A DNA stretch of 64,000 nucleotides from Anaeramoeba ignava BMAN (Eukaryota; Protista; Anaeramoebae): contig JAPDFW010000147.1 of the NCBI GenBank assembly GCA_028826165.1, positions 434,001 through 498,000 of the forward strand, in the 5' to 3' direction. Under the pieces are notes generated by a model, which was not told the origin of the DNA, did not search any database, and saw only the letters and a program-made list of their open reading frames with translations. The position numbers were made by a program, and so were the translations under genes. Of the stretch, positions 60,272-64,000 are shown piece after piece (within the stretch, counting starts at the first letter, position 1; each line of letters starts with the position of its first letter).

Positions 60272-63200
60272 ATGACTTCAATTCAAAAACCAAAATCAAA
60301 ATTAACACCAAAAACCAATTTGAGTTCAAAACAAATTCATAAAGTTAAATCAAAAGAAATAAAAAAAGAAGATAAAAGTGAAGTTAATGAAAAAACGAAA
60401 GAAAACGCAAAAAAAGCAAATTCGCCTTCAAATAAAAAAATCCAAAATAAAAAATCATTAACACCAACAACAAAACCAACAACTAAACCAACAACTAAAC
60501 CAACAACTAAACCAACAACAAAACCAACAACAAAACCAACAACAAAACCAACAACAAAACCAACAACAAAACCAACAACAAAACCAACAACAAAACCAAC
60601 AACAAAACCAACAACAAAACCAACAACAAAACCAACAACAAAACCAACAACAAAACCAACAACTAAACCAACAACAAAACCAACAACAAAACCAAAAACA
60701 AAACCAACAACAAAACCAACAACAAAACCAACAACTAAACCAACAACAAAACCAACAACAAAACCAACAGCAAATCCAAAAACAAAACCAACAACAAAAC
60801 CAACAACTAAACCAACAACAAACCCAAAAACAAATCCAAAAACAAATCCAAAAGCAAATCCAAAAACAAATCCAAAAACTAATCCAAAAGCAAATCCAAA
60901 AACTAATCCAAAAACTAATCCAAAAACAAATCCAAAAGCAAATCCAAAAACAAATCCAAAAACAAATCCAAAAACAAATCCAAAAACAAATCCAAAAACA
61001 AATCCAAAAACAACTGATAAAACTAAACCAATAACAACTGATAAAAAACTAATTGATAAAAAACTAATTGATAAAAAACTAATTGATAAAACAAAACTAA
61101 TTGATAAAAAACCAATTAAACCAACAGATAAAAAAACAACTGAAAAAACAACTGAAAAATCAAAAGAAAAATCAAAAGAAAAATCAAAAGAAAAATCAAA
61201 AGAAAAACCAAAAGAAAAATCAACTGAAAAATCAAAAGAAAAACCAAAAGAAAAATCAACTCTTACAAAACCAGGCATCAAAAAAAATACAAAAACAACA
61301 TCAACTCCAAAAAACACACCATCAACTCCAAAAAAAACAACATCAACTCCAAAAAAAACAACATCAACTCCAAAAAAAACAACATCAATTCCAAAAAACA
61401 AATCCCAAGAAAAAGTGTCCGTTTCACAAAATAAATTGGGAAACAAAGATCAAAACCTTTCGAAAAGCAAATCACAAGAAAAAGTCTCAACTAAAATTGG
61501 AGTAGGAAATAAATCAAAACAAATTGGAAAATCAAATAAAACTAATAACTCAAAATTAAGCCCAAAAACTTCACTTAAGTCATCCACAACTAATCCTAAA
61601 AAAAATGAACCTAAAAAAAATGAACCTAAAAAAACTTCTTCGAATTTGAAAAAACCTTCAAAATTAACTTCAAATATTTCTCCAAATAAGAAAACAGTTT
61701 CAAAAGAAGAAAAAGATGCAAAATCATCTCCAAATTTAAAACCAAAAGCATCTCTATCTGGAAAAAAACCTTTACAAAAAACATCAAAAACAACAAACAA
61801 AAAACAAATTCAGAAGAAAGAAACAAAACAAGAACCTAATGAATTAGAAACAAAACAAGAACCTAATGAAATAGAAACAAAACAAGAACAAGATGAAATA
61901 GAAACAAAACAAGAACAAGATGAAATAGAAACAAAACAAGGACAAAATGAATTAGAAACAAAACAAGAACAAGACGAATTAGAAACAAAACAAGAACCTA
62001 ATGAAATAGAAACAAAACAAGAACAAGATGAAATAGAAACAAAACAAGAACAAGATGAATTAGAAACAAAACAAGAACAAGATGAATTAGAAACAAAACA
62101 AGAACAAAATGAATTAGAAACAAAACAAGAACCTAATGAAATAGAAACAAAACAAGAACAAGATGAAATAGAAACAAAACAAGAACAAGATGAAATAGAA
62201 ACAAAACAAGAACAAAATGAATTAGAAACAAAACAAGAACAAGATGAATTAGAAACAAAACAAGAACAAGACGAATTAGAAACAAAACAAGAACCTAATG
62301 AATCAGAAACAAAACAAGAACAAGACGAATTAGAAACAAAACAAGAACAAAATGAATTAGAAACAAAACAAGAACCTAATGAAATAGAAACAAAACAAGA
62401 ACAAGATGAATTAGAAAGAAAACGAAAAGAACAAGAAGAAAAAGAAAGAAAAAGAAAAGAACAAGAAGAATTAGAAAGAAAACAAAAAGAAAAAGAAGAA
62501 AAAGAAAAAAAAAAAAGAAAAAGAAGAAAGAAAAAGAAAAAAAAAGAAAGAACAAGAAGAAATAGAAAGAAAAAAAAAAGAACAAGAAGAATTAGAAAGA
62601 AAAAGAAAAGAACAAGAAGAAATAGAAAGAAAACAAAAAGAACAAGAAGAAATAGAAAGAAAACAAAAAGAACAAGAAGAAAAAGAAAGAAAAAGAAAAG
62701 AACAAGAAGAAATAGAAAGAAAACGAAAAGAACAAGATGAAATAGAAAGAAAAAGAAAAGAACAAGAAGAAATAGAAAGAAAACGAAAAGAACAAGAAGA
62801 AATAGAAAAAAAAAGAAAAAAAGAACAAGAAGAAATAGAAAGAAAACAAAAAGAACAAGAAGAAATAGAAAGAAAACAAAAGAACAAGATGAATAGAAAA
62901 AAATCAAAAAGAACCAAGAAGAAAATAGAAAAAAAACAAAAAGAACAAGAAGAAAAAGAAAAGAAAAAGAAAAAGAACAAGAAGAAAAATAGAAAAGAAA
63001 ACGGAAAAAGAACAAGAAGAAATAGAAAGAAAACGAAAAGAACAAGAAGAAATAGAAAGAAAACAAAAAGAACAAGAAGAAATAGAAAGAAAAAGAAAAG
63101 AACAAGAAGAAATAGAAAGAAAACGAAAAGAACAAGAAGAAAAGAAAGAAAAAGAAAAGAACAAGAAGAAATAGAAAGAAAACAAAAAGAACAAGATGAA

Positions 63201-64000
63201 TTAGAAAGAAAAAGAAAAGAACAAGAAGAAATAGAAAGAAAACGAAAAGAACAAGATGAATTAGAAAGAAAACGAAAAGAACAAGAAGAAATAGAAAGAA
63301 AACAAAAAGAACAAGAAGAAATAGAAAGAAAAAGAAAAGAACAAGAAGAATTAGAAAGAAAACAAAAAGAACAAGAAGAAATAGAAAGAAAACAAAAAGA
63401 ACAAGAAGAAATAGAAAGAAAACAAAAAGAACAAGAAGAAATAGAAGCAGAATCAGAGGATGAAGATTTAGATGGATTTGAAAGTGGAGAAGAAGTTTTA
63501 AGTCGAGAAGAGGTTGAAGACGATTCAGGTGAAGAACAAGTTGTTTATGTTGATGAAGATGGAAATGAAATTGAAAATCCTGATGAAGATGATTCAGGTG
63601 AAGAACAAGTTGTTTATGTTGATGAAGATGGAAATGAAATTGATCCTAATGATATTGATGATTCAGGTGAAGAACAAGTTGTTTATGTTGATGAAGATGG
63701 AAATGAAATTGAAAATCCTGATGAAAATGAAAATGAAAATGAAAATGAAAATGAAGATGAAATTGAAAATGAAAATGAAAATGAAAATGAAAATGAAGAT
63801 GAAAATGAAGATGAAATTGAAGATGAAATTGAAAATGAAAATGAAGATGAAAATCAAAATGAAGATGAAAATGAAGATGAAAATGAAAATGAAGATGAAA
63901 ATGAAAATGAAAATGAAAATGAAAATGAAGATGAAAATGAAAATGAAAATCAAAATGAAAATGAAGATGAAAATGAAGATGAAAATCAAAATGAAGATGA
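60272..64000 (+). CDS. Very large repetitive protein (PTTK/PKTN, ETKQEQDEL, ERKxKEQEE charged helix, acidic EN/ED tail); continues past the window end
   Basis: ORF from ATG 60272. Frame slips occur in A-runs at about 62500-63150, and the repeat frame resumes to the window end without a stop. Confidence 0.75.

Noticed and set aside
60470-61010. (CCAACAACAAAA)n as a telomere-like repeat
   Set aside because: It is in-frame coding sequence (PTTK/PKTN repeats) with synonymous third-position variation.
1-64000. Inteins, transposases, tRNA/rRNA genes or an alternative genetic code
   Set aside because: No Hint/LAGLIDADG, DDE or RT motifs and no structured RNA genes were recognised. Conserved proteins translate normally with TAA/TGA stops.

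Overview
Extremely AT-rich, gene-dense eukaryotic DNA with GT-AG spliceosomal introns (mostly about 60-130 nt, some inflated to 0.3-1.7 kb by microsatellites) and the standard genetic code. The BTB-coiled coil-TLDc and kelch-BTB-BTB genes, NQ/EK low-complexity tracts and TCATTTT motifs before start codons suggest an anaerobic metamonad such as Anaeramoeba; this is an inference. I reconstructed about 25 protein-coding genes by hand: GBF1-like ArfGEF, p22phox/TVP18-like membrane protein, DUF4050, DHHC palmitoyltransferase, Rab GGTase beta, G3BP-like NTF2-RRM, NRF-6 acyltransferase, an ankyrin protein, Topors-like RING, STI1/HOP, a TPT-family transporter, condensin CAP-D2 and CAP-G, an HTH protein, a FANCA-like protein, two tandem TLC-domain paralogues, BTB-TLDc, LZTR1-like, TBCB lacking CAP-Gly, and several low-complexity proteins. 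Most ORFs in the supplied track are microsatellite or antisense artefacts. The top finding is the ankyrin gene at 24038-27302. It alternates six exons of exactly 96 nt with six 3-nt AG|NNN|GT micro-exons, and each micro-exon supplies the one residue that completes a 33-aa ankyrin repeat. Other highlights are a probable FANCA orthologue in a protist, a CAP-D2/HTH/CAP-G/FANCA chromosome-maintenance neighbourhood, a near-universal Inr-like TCATTTT element, a 145-bp intronic satellite ending exactly at the 3' splice site, and a 5'-A to 3'-T synonymous-codon gradient within genes. All homology calls come from recalled sequences and motifs; no database search was run.
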